A stretch of 64,000 bases of DNA. Source: Vicugna vicugna (taxonomy: Eukaryota). The position numbers and the translations under genes are program-made. The stretch lies in the NCBI GenBank assembly GCA_013265495.1, contig MU058449.1:248001-312000 (forward strand), written 5' to 3'. Of this stretch, positions 1-12,557 are shown piece after piece; the first letter of the stretch is position 1; every line of letters starts with the position of its first letter. Under the pieces are notes generated by a model. It was not told the DNA's origin. It worked only from the letters and a program-made list of their open reading frames with translations, and did no database searches.

Positions 1-1444
1 ATTTAGAATTGACATGTGTAGGTAGCATTCCTGAGCTTGCAGAATTGGAAAAGAAAGTAAACACATTCTCCCCCTAGCTGGTTCTTTCTGTAGCACAGCC
101 TAAAATTCTTCAGCGTCAGGTCCTGGATAAATATCTTCAATAACCTGGCTTATTCTTCCATCTGTGATACATACCAAATGCAGATGTATGTATTTTGCCC
201 TACAGTTTGATTGAACAGGGTGGGGTCAATGGGCTGTTACTTTTGTGTCTCCTCTGGCATTAATTATCCATAGAAAACCTCAACTGAACGACATTCTTTC
301 CTAGAGATAAGATCAAATGGGAAGAATATAAAGCTTCTGTAGAAGAAGAAAATCCTAGAGAAGTAAGATCTGGTGATTGAAGAAATACCACTGTTGATTT
401 AGACCCTGAATTGATGGACAGAAAATAAGAAGAAAGCTGTAATAAAAAAAGATTTTATGGCATCTTCTTGATTTGATGAGGAGTTTCCTTACTAGAAGAG
501 ACTATCATCATCGCCACGTCATTTTCTCACCCCTTGCACTGCTTTTAATCTTCCAGTATCATTCTGTTTTCTGATTCTCTTTGGCCCTGATGAAAAACCC
601 AGGGCCTCCTGCCCCATAGCTTTGGTGATGAAGGGAGATTTTGAGGTAGTTGTGTTATCCTCAACCTCACCTGTCGTGTATCGCCAGAAGCTCCCGGTCT
701 GTCTTCATTATAATCTACTGCTTTCTCAGTTAACCTCAACTATAGTAATGGTTCTAGAGCCACGGCCTCCCAGGAGCCAAGAAAATGGCCCAGGTGTGCA
801 TGGGTTCCCTGTGGAGCCCAGCATATGCCAGAGCGGAGATTTTTGAGCAGAAGACAGAAACAAGTCCTCAGTTTTCCTCCTGCTATTTTCCTTAAGGATC
901 CTGGAAGTTAGGAATAAACAGATAATTTCTTCAATGGAATCTCTTTTACTGTAAAACTATTTTCCTGGGGACATACTGGTTGGTCAAAATAATTAATTTA
1001 CATATATAGTTTTTTCACAAAATTGTTTCAAATTTATAACCACATAGGCTTTAAGTAACAATTTTTGACTTGGCTAAGTATATATAATTCCTAATTTCCT
1101 ATGAGAAAATATACAACTAAGATCTTTCTTTTAATGTTAAAGTTTTCATCATTATAATTTTAAGGTCACAAAATATATCACTGAATGTATATTCCATAAT
1201 TTATTTAACCATTTTCCAGTTCCTGAACAAATGTGTTATTTAATCATTTCAATGATTAGGAAGAAATATGAAGATTAATTCTTTAGGTAAGTGTGACAGA
1301 AATAATAGAAATAAAGAAAAAATAAAATTATGAGCATCTACTGCTCTGAACATGACTGTGCAAAGAAGCTTTGTGATCTCTTACTGCACAACATTCACAT
1401 GGAACTTTTTTCACATTACTGCATTTATTCATGAAAACAACTCT

Positions 1445-2400
1445 TTTATTCATTAAATTGACTTCTTTCTACACATTAGGTAATCAGTAATATTCTAGTT
1501 ACTAGGAATACAATAAAGCACACAAGGTCCTTCATATTAGGAATATTTCTTGTAGCGTAAAAAGCCAATAATAAATTTTAAAAATTGTAATGTTTCACGA
1601 AATAAGGTTCTTTGATGGAGTTAAGAGGTGATGTAATAGAGACTGACTAGAGGTAGGAAGAGCATAGAAAAAGGATCAGGAGAGAAGTCTGTTGGAGATA
1701 ATGATTAAATTGAGACCTGGATAATAAGAAAACACCAGCCATTCAAAAAGAAATGATGTAAGAAAAAGAAATGATGGAAATAGTACCTTGCACTCCGGGA
1801 GAAAATTCTTGCTAAGTATTGAGGGGGAGAAAAAGGGTAGGATAGCTGAAACAAGGTACACAAAGGGAAGGAGGGTACTTGGGAAGGTAAAAGGAGGCAC
1901 AGGTCTGGTCATTCAGACCTTAGAGATCAAAGAAAAAAGCTTAATTTCAGTCTAAGCACAATAAGATACCATTTTTTTTTCAGCAATGTGTAACTTGATC
2001 TCCTCTCTAGAGAACTGCTGTAGGATGTCAAAAGTGGAAACAAAGTCCATACTAAGGCTATTTGAAAGACCAGGTTTAAGATGATGTCAAGTTTTCTAAG
2101 GTAGTTAAAATATAAAGAAACATGAATGGATTATGTATGTGTTTTGGAGTTAAATGTATGAAGTGATTGTGAAGAACAAAAAGGAATCAAGGATGACCAT
2201 TAAGTTTGAGGCAGGAGCAAATGGATGATTGACTACTGGGGTACACCAGAAGAAAACAGTAGTGGTTTGAATTCAGATGATGGTTGTCAAGATAAAGTGA
2301 ATGAAATGATTTGAGACCAACTTAAGGTATAACCAACAGAGTTTGCTGTTGGACCAGATGTAGAGGAGGAGGAAAAAGGGGATCAGAGAGCATAATTTGT
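1445..2400 (-). mobile_element. Old LINE-2 fragment
   Basis: Degenerate antisense L2 3'-end pattern (attcatt...ctaggaatacaat...) followed by purine-rich L2-like sequence. Confidence 0.6.
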
Positions 2401-2509
2401 ATTATCTACTTCTTTACGTATTTCTCCAGTGTATCCTTCTCTCTAGGACTTCTTCTCCCTGTTCTATCTTTATCTTCTGCATATTTATTATAGTCTTTTC
2501 ATCTATGGC

Positions 2510-5500
2510 CACATTTATTTCTTTTACTAAAAATAAGAGTCTATGGGCTGATGTGCTTATGCTGGTTACTACATAAATCCCCTTCACCACCTTTCCAAAG
2601 CTATAGTCAAAGAGAAACATACAGGCACTCAAAATACACAAATTACAATATGAAACTCACATTAGCTATTTGCTTTCCTGACATAGCACTGTTTTACTCA
2701 ATACATGAAATATCTTATGTATCTAGTGTTTCAGAATTTATCTTCAACTTTTAATATAATATATGTTATGGATGCTATGAGAGGACCACCTAAAACTAGT
2801 TTCAAGATTAAACTAGGGGAAGAGATAGGAAGTAGGAAAGTAGGAAAACCTCTCCCTTATACTTAGGCTTATTCTCTCTTTTCATGCTCATTAAGGATAT
2901 TGAGTGATGGAAACAGGAAAACATGAATGTCATTCCTACAGAGTCCATATCCTTTCAGGGAAAACAGCCTCATATGATTAAATGATTAAATTAGAATCTT
3001 CCTCTACTGATACATAATCCCAGGGTCATGTTAAAATAAAATTCTGGCTCCACTTTTTCTGAATTTTTTTCTTTCTCCCTCAACTTAATTTTAAAAGTGT
3101 GGACCAAAGAGCAAGACTGGGGATCAGGAAATCCATACTCTATTCCTACATCTGACATTAGCAACATGATGTTGGCTACACTGCTTCTATTCTCATAAAT
3201 AAGTATTTTTTAATTTTAAAATATTAATGGTGTGGAGTCAGATAAATAATCTTGCCATAAATATCTACTTGACTATATTGATGTTTATTTACCAATATAA
3301 ACATATATATGTATGTATATATATATAAATGATTATATGCTTACAAAACCGCCCATGCTAGACATTGTTTTTTGTTGTCAAAATAGACTGATTAATACTG
3401 TGGAAGTACATGTGTGAGATATCAGAGAAAGCTCTCTGGAAGGTACCATTTAAGCTGAGATACAAAGGGTGGGAAAAAAATGCCGATATGGGGTTGTGAA
3501 GTGAGAAAGGAAAGAAAAGGAGAAAATCCATGAGACAAAGCAGGGGATGAAAAGTTTTGGAATCTATAGTAATTTGCAGAATAGATTTTTGGATGTGGAT
3601 AAATGATTGATTTAAGAAGTATTATGAAACAAGGCTGGAGAAGTAAGTAATCTTAAGACATTCTTACATAATTCCCAAATAAATAAATATAAAGGTACTG
3701 ATTTTGAGGGCATGAGTGTGTGAGTTTTGAGACGGTCAATGGTATGATCACATTCATGCTTTTTATAGATAACTTTACTTGCACTGTGGTCAGTTAATTA
3801 CATGGGCATATTTTATTATTCTCAGTAAGGTTATTTCCCTGTTTCAAGGGAACTGTGATTTATACTGATAGCTAACATCAACTGAAAGGAATACTACTAT
3901 GCCCCCAGGACTGTAACACTTTTTAAGATTATCTGCACGAAGTTTATGAAACTCCTATGTAAAAATTTTTACTTTACTTATTTTTCAGATGAAGTATCAG
4001 ATTTAGAGAAGTAAAGAGACTTTCCTCAGAGATAACTATTAAGCAGTAGGACAGAATTTAATTAAATGGAGAAAAGAAAGTGTGCAGTCCATGAATTTTG
4101 CCAGACTGAGTGTTGATCTCCTTAATTAACTCTATTACACATAAACAAACAAAAAAATAGGTTCTGCTGGGGTTCAATAGTTGCATGGCCTTGGGTGATA
4201 CATTTATTCTCTTCAAGTCTAAGTTTTAAACCTATAAATTGCGGACAGTAACAGTAATAGTATCTATAATATCGGAGTTCAGTGAGGGTAGATTAGATGA
4301 TTCATATTAAGAATTTAAAATCCAGCCCTGTATATAGAATCTTCTCAGAAATATTGGTTATAAATAGTATTTCTCAGTAGAGTACCACATGTTTCTTTGC
4401 TATATTTAAAAACAAAATATGTCACCTGTATCTGTGTTGTGGCCTGCAGAAACAAGTAGGAGAAATTTGAGGATCATAAATTTTATAAATAAGATTCCAA
4501 GAAATTCTCCTATAATGATGACATAGAATTCCTGTCTGTTTACTGATGATCTGTTGTTTGTATTTAACATCTCCATTGGTCATTCTGGAAATCAGGTGAA
4601 TCAGAGAGAAATTTACATCTTTAGAAAAGGTACAGTGAACCAAAGATCTCAAAAGAAAGCCACTTTCCAAAGGCCTTGATCTAATTATACTAATGGACTT
4701 GAAGAGGAAATGAAATCTAGGGTTAAGAATTACAAGCTTTATAACTTCTTTTTTTTCCTGGAATCCCAATTAGAAACAAAAGAGATATCTGGTTTTCCAC
4801 CAGGTAGACCAGTACTTTGAGATCGTAAGTGTATGGGGAATGCTCCTAAAATTATGTCTAGAAGTGGGTAGTTATGGGCGTGTGTGTGTGTGTATTGGCG
4901 GGGTGGTCACCAGTGTATCTGAATTATTTTGAGGTTTCCCCATGAGAATAATGTCTGTTAGGTCAAAGTTATCATGAGAGGGTCCCTAGAGTCCATTAAA
5001 CTCAGACAGCTATTTTTCTTCTATCGCTTTACAAGGCCTAAATAAATCTTACTTTTCTACTATCATTCACAGTATTTTTCTCTTCAAACTAGGATTTTAA
5101 GCCATATGACTTACGAGAAATTTTATGCAATTCATGCCTCTATTGTGTGAATAGTATCATATAACTATATAGACTTGTTTTTAATCCTACTCTTATACTA
5201 ACTATAAAATATATGAGCAAAATTTTGCTTGGTTTTTTTTTAACATGTTTATTTATTTCTTTAAGTTCCCTGAGCAAAAAAAAAAAAAAAGAAACAAACA
5301 AACAATCCCACGGAAATATGTATGTATAATAATGTTGGGTAAGATTGATGCTGGTCTGTTTATATTATAGTATATTAATTTAGGAAGACTGCAATACTCC
5401 AAAAATTTAAATATTAGAGAAATGACTAAAAAAGCTTTAAATATGAACTGATAAAGCTAATAATCATGGTAAGAGTGCTGCTGCTGATGGTAATCACAGA

Positions 5501-5812
5501 GATAGCATTGTGTTTAAATAGGAAGAAGAAACTCTTTAACAACAATTTAAAGTTTCCTTCTTTCTGTGCCTATATTATAACATATGCAAATAATACTAGA
5601 AAATGGTCACAGCTTTTGGTGAATAAACATTAACCCTTCGATCATTAAGAAAAAGTGTTTCATATACATCTAACAGCCAATTTGCCAGGATAAAAAGAAA
5701 TGAAGTAGTGATAAGTGATATGTGCTACAACATGGATGAACCTGAAAAACTTTATGCTCAGTTAACGTCAGACACAAAAGAACACGCTTATGTGGTTCTG
5801 TTCGTATGAAAT
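2510..5812 (-). repeat. Left arm of an inverted segmental duplication (partner 31607-35000)
   Basis: The reverse complement is colinear with 31607-35000; for example 4661-4720 vs 32701-32759 shows 9 differences in 60 columns by hand alignment. Confidence 0.93.
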
Positions 5813-6585
5813 CAATTGAAATAGGTATTCCATTCATTTCTGGGAATTCTAAAGCTATTGTACTCCAATGGTTTTTAGGAAAATTAGGTTTAGGGATTTC
5901 AAAAGATCCTCATATTGGCTATTGATATCCTAAATTGCTTTTGGTTAGGTTGGTACATTGTTAGATATAATGCATGAGGAAGGATTGCAGTTCTTAAATA
6001 TAAAATTGGCCAGAGTCCCTGTAGGCGAGGCACCCACGAAATATTTCTCAGGCATTTTTCTCTAGAGTTAAATAACAATGTTCAAACAGCTTAAACAGCT
6101 TGGAGCTCAAACAGCCTGCAGGCCTAATACCAGCCAGTTCTTAGGGGAACAGCTTAGTCCAGAAGGAGTCAGACTTTTCAGCTTATTTCCACAGAACAGC
6201 CCCTATTCCAAAGGAATAAGCCAATGGTTGAACCGGTACAGTTTCAGTGAAATTGCCCCTCTTTCCAAAGGATTGAGCTGAGGCTCTCAGCCAGTTTCAG
6301 TTGAAACAATCTAATCAGACTGAAGTATCCAATGAGTACTCACACACAGAACAAGATCTTAACCAGAAAGGATAAAACCTTAAAACAGATTCCAAATAAA
6401 GCCTAAAGAGCTTCAAATATAAAGAAGGGATGAGTTCAGATCCAGAAGAAATATATACCTTCAAACTCCAGGGTTGGCAACTAAAGCAGTGAGCTCAGTG
6501 AGCTCAGTTATGGGTATAACACCTGTTTGCTCACCAGCTCCAGAACCTTTGGGTTTTTTTCTGGGCCCTCTATAGGCCACCAAAA
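5813..6585 (-). mobile_element. ERV1-like internal 5' leader with primer binding site, truncated
   Basis: Directly follows the LTR on the minus strand and begins ttt-TGGTGGCC (PBS-like). Confidence 0.65.
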
Positions 6586-6922
6586 TGTTCATCTAGAACA
6601 AATAAACTGCTAGATATTTCTCCAGAAAAGATGGGTTTATTCGAGATCAGCAGAGAATTGCAATTTGGCATTTGCAACCCTGGCGAGCTACATGCATGAA
6701 CACCCTCACACAGCAAGGGAAAGAGAGCTCTTTTATAAAAGGGAAAAGGAAGTTGTGAGGACTACAGTAAACAAAAAGTCAATGGCGTTTCATTGGTTGA
6801 GTCTTTACTAGGAAAGAAGAAGGAGCCTGTCTTATTCCTGTTGGGTTATCTTCACAGAGCATGGACGTTCTCCCTTCTGGTTTCCTAACTCTCTAGAGTG
6901 TTTTGTTTATTAATTTTTTACA
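6586..6922 (-). mobile_element. ERV1-like LTR (~337 bp)
   Basis: Minus strand starts TGTAAAAAATTAATAAAC and ends AACA, with CCAAT-like, TATAAAA and AATAAA in LTR order. Confidence 0.75.
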
Positions 6923-8280
6923 CTCTGTTTGTACTTAAGTTTTAGAAATTTCTATTGGCATATATAATTCATCAATTTATTCCTCAGCATTTCCAGTCTA
7001 TTTATGTGTTCATCAAAGTTATCCTTTATTTCTATCATGTCTTTTTTATTAATTTCTGACATTTCCTTTGAATTCTTTTATAAAATTTCCATCTTCCTGC
7101 TTACATTATCCATCTGTTCCTCTACGTCATATACTTTTTCTATTAGTTCCCTTACCACATTAATCATAGTAATTTTCAATTCCTTGTCTATGAATGTGAC
7201 TCATATATGAATCTGGTTCTGATGTTGTCTTTATTTCCTCAGACTGTATTTTTTTCTTGTTTCTAAGCATGATTTGTAAATTTTTTTAAAAAAGATGGAC
7301 AAAATATATTGAGTAATAGGTACTAAGGTATGAAAATATTTAATGTGTGATTTTATGTTAATCTGCATACAATTTGGACTGTTTAACATTTGCTATAGCT
7401 GCATGTGCTAAGGTCTCCAAGTTCCTCTATTTTTCTGTCTGTCTTCATTATTGTCTTTGGGTTTTCTAAGAACTCCCTACATAGAATCTGTGTCTTGCAG
7501 CTTTTTCAGCTGTAAACCACTGTTAATATACTGAGCCCTATTGATATTGTGGTAAAGAGTGGGTTAGGGAAAGCATTCTACAATCTTATGGTAAATCTCT
7601 GATTTTTGGTGGGCCTGAGTCTTCAGGTTGTGACATTCACCAGGGTTTATTTACAGCTCCCTTTCTTTTACATGAGACAAGAAGACTAAAGAGGTTAAAA
7701 TTAGTAATTCTCTTTCTTTCTTTCACCTAATAGAGACAGGATCTGATAAAGATTTTTTCACTGGAGAGTAGGTCTTTATTGTGGACAACACACTGGGTAC
7801 ATTTTAAAATGTTTAACTTTACCCTCTACCTGCTAGAGCTGCAAGATTATTTTTTAATTTGATTTTCATCTTGAGAACTTTAGGGGGCTTCTGGAAGTAA
7901 AGTTCATGAAAGTATGCCACCATAATATTACAGGCCCCAGAAGCCTTTAACTCTCATGTTAAGCCACACTGAGCCCCCAGAAATTTATATAAAATGCTGG
8001 TTAAGTATTTCTACAAGTTTATGGTTCCCTCAGTCTCTGTTCTAGGGAAACTGATGTTGGTTGTCATTCTCTTTATTTATAGAAAATAATATTATAATAT
8101 ATAAAATACAAATATATATTTATTTATGTTTCTCTCTGTATTTCCGGGTGGTGGTTCATCCTGGGACTTTAAACTCTGGTGGGTTCAAGAAAAGTCATGA
8201 TTTTTAGTTTGTTTGTGTTTTTTGTTATTTCTCCTATAAAAATGAATGTGATAACTTCGAGTTTCTGTATGTCAGAACTA
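6923..8280 (-). mobile_element. Old L1M 5'/ORF1-region fragment
   Basis: T-rich sequence resembling antisense L1M ORF1/5' region. Confidence 0.55.
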
Positions 8281-8289
8281 AAAGCACGA

Positions 8290-9085
8290 ATCTAACAACT
8301 TGATTTTGAAATCAAAAAATAAAAATACAATTCTAATTACACTTAAAAAATCAAATATTCAAGGTTAAATGTGAAAAAAATTGTACTAAATTTGTACAGT
8401 GAAAACTCTGTAATACTAATGGAAAAATCAAAGAACATACAAGTAAATTAATAAATACTACATTTTCATGAATTAAAAGATATCTAAATTCTTCTTAATT
8501 TGATTTTTAGTTTCAACACATTCTCAGTCAAAATATCAGCATGTTTTATGCACATATTGGCAAGTGCATTCTAATATTTATATGTAAAGGTAAATAAATT
8601 ATAATAGCAGGAACAAATTTGGAAAAGAAGAACAAATTTGGAGAACTTGCTCTATTATATTTAAGACTTTTTCAAAATAAAGCAACAGTAGTCAAGGCAC
8701 TGTGTTATTTGTGAAAGGATAGACACCTAATAGAACAGGGATCTCAGATAGATCTCATCAATATATTAAATCGATTTCTGGAAAAAGTTCAAAGATAATT
8801 CAATTGAGAAAGGAGAGTCTTTTCAAAAAATGTTGTTGTAAGACAAAAATAATCTTGACACCTTATGTACAAAATGGGCCCTAAAGGTAAAATGTAAAAA
8901 TTTTAGAAGAAAACATACAAGAAAATCTTATGATCTTGGGTTTGACAATGAGTTTGTAGGTATGACAAAAACAGTACAATCCTTAAAAAACTGGCCTCTA
9001 TAAAAATTTTTTTAAAACTGTATTTCATAGAGTTAAATAAATATCTACCATATGATCTAGCCATTTCATTCCTAGTTATTACTCA
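8290..9085 (+). mobile_element. Degenerate L1M ORF2 3' fragment
   Basis: Recognisable L1 ORF2 stretches (aagcaacagtagtcaaggcactgtg, ttagaagaaaacata, ctaccatatgatctagcc). Confidence 0.75.
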
Positions 9086-9836
9086 GGATCAAATATTGGG
9101 TTAGTGCTTTACTGTTTGAAGTGTAAGCCTTTTTATATCTTTTAGAAAGATACAAGAGATAAAAATATTGTGAGGGTCAGAAAAGATAGAAATCTTGTAC
9201 AGGATAAAGTGATACATGAAAATAGAGAACAGAAATAAAGTACAACAATAAAATAGGTAAACAACTTACAGAGTGGCTAAAAAGTGTGGAATGTGACAAA
9301 AGCATTCTGATTTCACTTAGTTAGGTTCCTCTTGGCTAATTTTGCTTTATGCGAAGTTAGGTTACTTTAGCCAGCCCATTTCCTTTGGGATCTTATGATA
9401 CTTTGGTGATAGTAAAAGGAGCACTGTGGTACCCAAGAGAAAAATTACCCATGCATTTCACACTTTCCTGATGATACTGCCAGCCATGGCAGCAGTACAC
9501 ACCTGTGGGCATATATTATCTTCCTTTACAAATAAACAGATCTCAGAAGTCTCCCAGCAAATCCCATGACCCTGTTAACATTATTGTTTCTGCATAAAAC
9601 CCTCTAGTTTGCTGGTATTCTCAGTCACTAGCACTGGGAAATCCACGTCTAGACAACTGGTTCTTGCCCTAAGGATAGTAAACAATCATGTCTCTATTTT
9701 GCTTAGTTCATAACATTTAAAGAAATTGTATTATATTTTATTTTCTTCTCAAAAGCAGACAATTACTAGAAATTAGAGGATCATAAACTCATCTAATTTT
9801 TAATACCTCTCTAGGAAGATTTTTAAGCCTCTATTA

Positions 9837-10781
9837 ATGTCTGCTATCTCTACCGTGAACTTCAGTAGTTCCAGATTTATTCTCACTGGTTTTCCTGGCC
9901 TAGAAGTTCATTATCTTTGGCTCTCCATCCCTTTCTCCTCCATCTATGCTATGGTTTTCCTGGGGAACTGCATGGTGCTCCACGTGATCCGGACTGAGTC
10001 GAGCCTCCACCAGCCCATGTTCTACTTCCTAGCCATGCTGGCCCTTACTGACCTGTGTGTGGGGCTGTCCACCGTGCACACAGTGCTGGGAATTCTGTGG
10101 GGGCTCATTCAAGAGATCACTCTGGATTCCTGCATTGCCCAGTCCTATTTCATCCATGGTCTGTCCTTCATGGAGTCCTCTGTTCTCCTCACTATGGCTT
10201 TTGACCGCTACATTGCCATTTGCAACCCTCTACGCTACAACTCCATCTTAACTAATAACAAAATTATCAAAATTGGGTTGGCAATCTTATGTAGGAGTTC
10301 TTTACTCATACCTCCAGTCATTATCCGCCTCAAGTTCTTAAATTATTGTCGTCCCCACATCCTTTCTCACTCTTTCTGCCTGCACCAAGACTTAATACGA
10401 ATGGCCTGTTCAGATATTCGCTTCAACAGCATCTATGGTCTGGCCCTGGTGATCAGTAACCTGTTGTTGGATGCAGTGCTCATAATTATCTCCTATATCA
10501 TGATCTTACATGCAGTCTTAGCTATTGCATCACGAGAGGAGAGAATCAAATCTTTGCAGACCTGTGTATCTCACATCTGTGCTGTTTTGGTATTCTACAT
10601 CCCAATCATTGGTCTGACCATGGTTCATCGTTTTGGGAGACACCTCTCACCTTTGGTTCATGTCCTTATGGGCAACATCTACATCCTTTTTCCACCCTTG
10701 ATGAACCCCATTATTTACAGTATCAAGACCCAGCAAATACGAAGGAGGGTCCAGAGATTGTTTCACTTGAAAGGAATGTAA
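9837..10781 (+). CDS. OR51V1-like: Intact class I olfactory receptor, OR51V subfamily-like (314 aa)
   Basis: Uninterrupted ATG-TAA ORF with OR motifs FILTGFPG, LHQPMFYFL, MAFDRYIAICNPLRY, SHSFCLHQD, TCVSHICAV, PPLMNPIIYS. Segments such as WLSIPFSSIYAMV.LGNCMVLHVI and CIAQSYFIHGLSFMESSVLL match human OR51V1 as I recall it; strict orthology is not established. Splice acceptor cctctctAG at 9813-9814. Confidence 0.96.
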   Translation: MSAISTVNFSSSRFILTGFPGLEVHYLWLSIPFSSIYAMVFLGNCMVLHVIRTESSLHQPMFYFLAMLALTDLCVGLSTVHTVLGILWGLIQEITLDSCIAQSYFIHGLSFMESSVLLTMAFDRYIAICNPLRYNSILTNNKIIKIGLAILCRSSLLIPPVIIRLKFLNYCRPHILSHSFCLHQDLIRMACSDIRFNSIYGLALVISNLLLDAVLIIISYIMILHAVLAIASREERIKSLQTCVSHICAVLVFYIPIIGLTMVHRFGRHLSPLVHVLMGNIYILFPPLMNPIIYSIKTQQIRRRVQRLFHLKGM

Positions 10782-11989
10782 GTCTTGACATCAAATGTGG
10801 ATATATTTAAAAGTCAACAACTGGAGCTCAAAAGGGTAAGAGTCAGTAAATAATTAAAATATGTTTAATGACTTTAATTTGTATGATGCTTTTCACGTTA
10901 CAAATATCTTTCTCTGTATTTTTTCTGTAATTATCATGTCAGTGAAATTGAGATGGGTTATGTTGTGATTAATTCTGTAAATCAGAATATACACATATAA
11001 TAGGCTCAGAATCATAATGATGTATGAGGCAGATTAGCTATTAAAATTCACTTTACAATGGCCAGTTGAGGGAAGATAATTTGGAATTCATTCAATACGA
11101 AAAACATAAGTTTTGCTGATTAAAGTCCTTAAAATAATTACCAAAAGATCAACAATTATTTCAGTTGATTTTCACTACTCTAGGCAACATTCTTGTTTAT
11201 AGTTCAGCCATTGTCTCTGCTATGCAGTTTAGCCACATGGTCATGTAATTGAGTAACATCATAGAGAGTTTAGGCTATCTGGCTAATTTAAAAATTAGTC
11301 AAATAAACAAACAATAGAAAACTAATCTTAATGCTGGGTTGTCCATCAGCCAAACAATCTTTCTCCACTCTCATCCTATGAAGTGTAATTGAACTGGAAG
11401 CACAATCAGTAATTGCCGGAGTAGGAAAAAAGTACTTCTGTGATTAGATTTTTATCCAAATAATAATACAAATAGCCATTCCACTTGAAAACTATTTGAA
11501 AGTGTTTCCTATGAGTCCATAGCTTATTTAAATCCTCTATCTGTTATTAAAAAAGAGAGAGAGAGAGAGAATATGCATAGAGTGTTACTATGGTCAAGTA
11601 ATGTAAATATGGTTCTAATTTATCTCCCCATCAAGACTGTGGTGGATACCATTTTCTATAACATACATGGATAGTTCAAAACACACAAAGGTTAAACGAT
11701 ATGTCAAATTTTTAGGAGGTGGTAGGGGATCAGATTTAGATATATTCTCTGTTTTATTTTCAAATTACGTGAAAACTCTTTCTTATCTTCCCTCTATAAG
11801 TTTTAATATAAAATTGGTTAAATGGTTCTGCAACCATCACAAAAATTTATAAAATAAATAAAAGTGAAAAAATAATAAAGTAAATCATGGATGGTAATAT
11901 GTACTCATTTGGACTCTGCTGGTATGTGTAAAATTACTTAAAATATTGTTATAATGATTCTTAAATAGTCTACTATATATATTTAAGGC

Positions 11990-12400
11990 AAGTTTTTTTG
12001 AAATGTAATTTCAAATGGTAATTTCACTATTTAGATGTACATGAACAGTCTGATGAGCTCTGAAAAATGTTTACTGTCATGTGATCACCACCATAATCAA
12101 TCAAGATACAGAATATTTCCATCACCCTACAAGTACCCCATTTTGCTTTTAAGAGAAGGTCATGTAAATTCAGTCATAAATAATGTAATCTTTTATGTCT
12201 GGATTCTTTCACTTGGAAAAATAGTTTTGAGATTGATTCCTGTTGTTGCCTGTATCCACAGCTTATTTTTATGATTGAATCCTATTCTATTGTATCACAT
12301 ACAGCAAACAGTTTATTTATTCATTAATTGATGGACATTTTAGCATCTTATAGTTTTAATTTTGAATAAAGCAGTTATAAAACATATATACCAGATGATT
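11990..12400 (-). mobile_element. L1ME/L1MB-type 3' UTR fragment
   Basis: Typical antisense L1M 3' UTR text (caagatacagaatatttccatcaccc, ttgatggacattt). Confidence 0.7.
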
Positions 12401-12522
12401 ATAAAACTATTTCTCTAATATTGGTACAGTTTATTTTTAATGCTCATATATTTCCTATTAATAATACAATAAACATTACATATATATCCACTATATATAG
12501 TATGTGTCTATGTATATGTGTT

Positions 12523-12523
<1 letters not shown>

Positions 12524-12556
<33 letters not shown>
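12524..12556. repeat. (GT)n(AT)n microsatellite
   Basis: Seen directly. Confidence 0.9.

Positions 12557-12557
<1 letters not shown>

Noticed and set aside
4422..4769. Similar peptides from ORFs 4422-4769 (-) and 32729-33013 (+) as a novel small-protein family
   Set aside because: The similarity comes from the DNA duplication; the two frames shift relative to each other and have different non-ATG starts.
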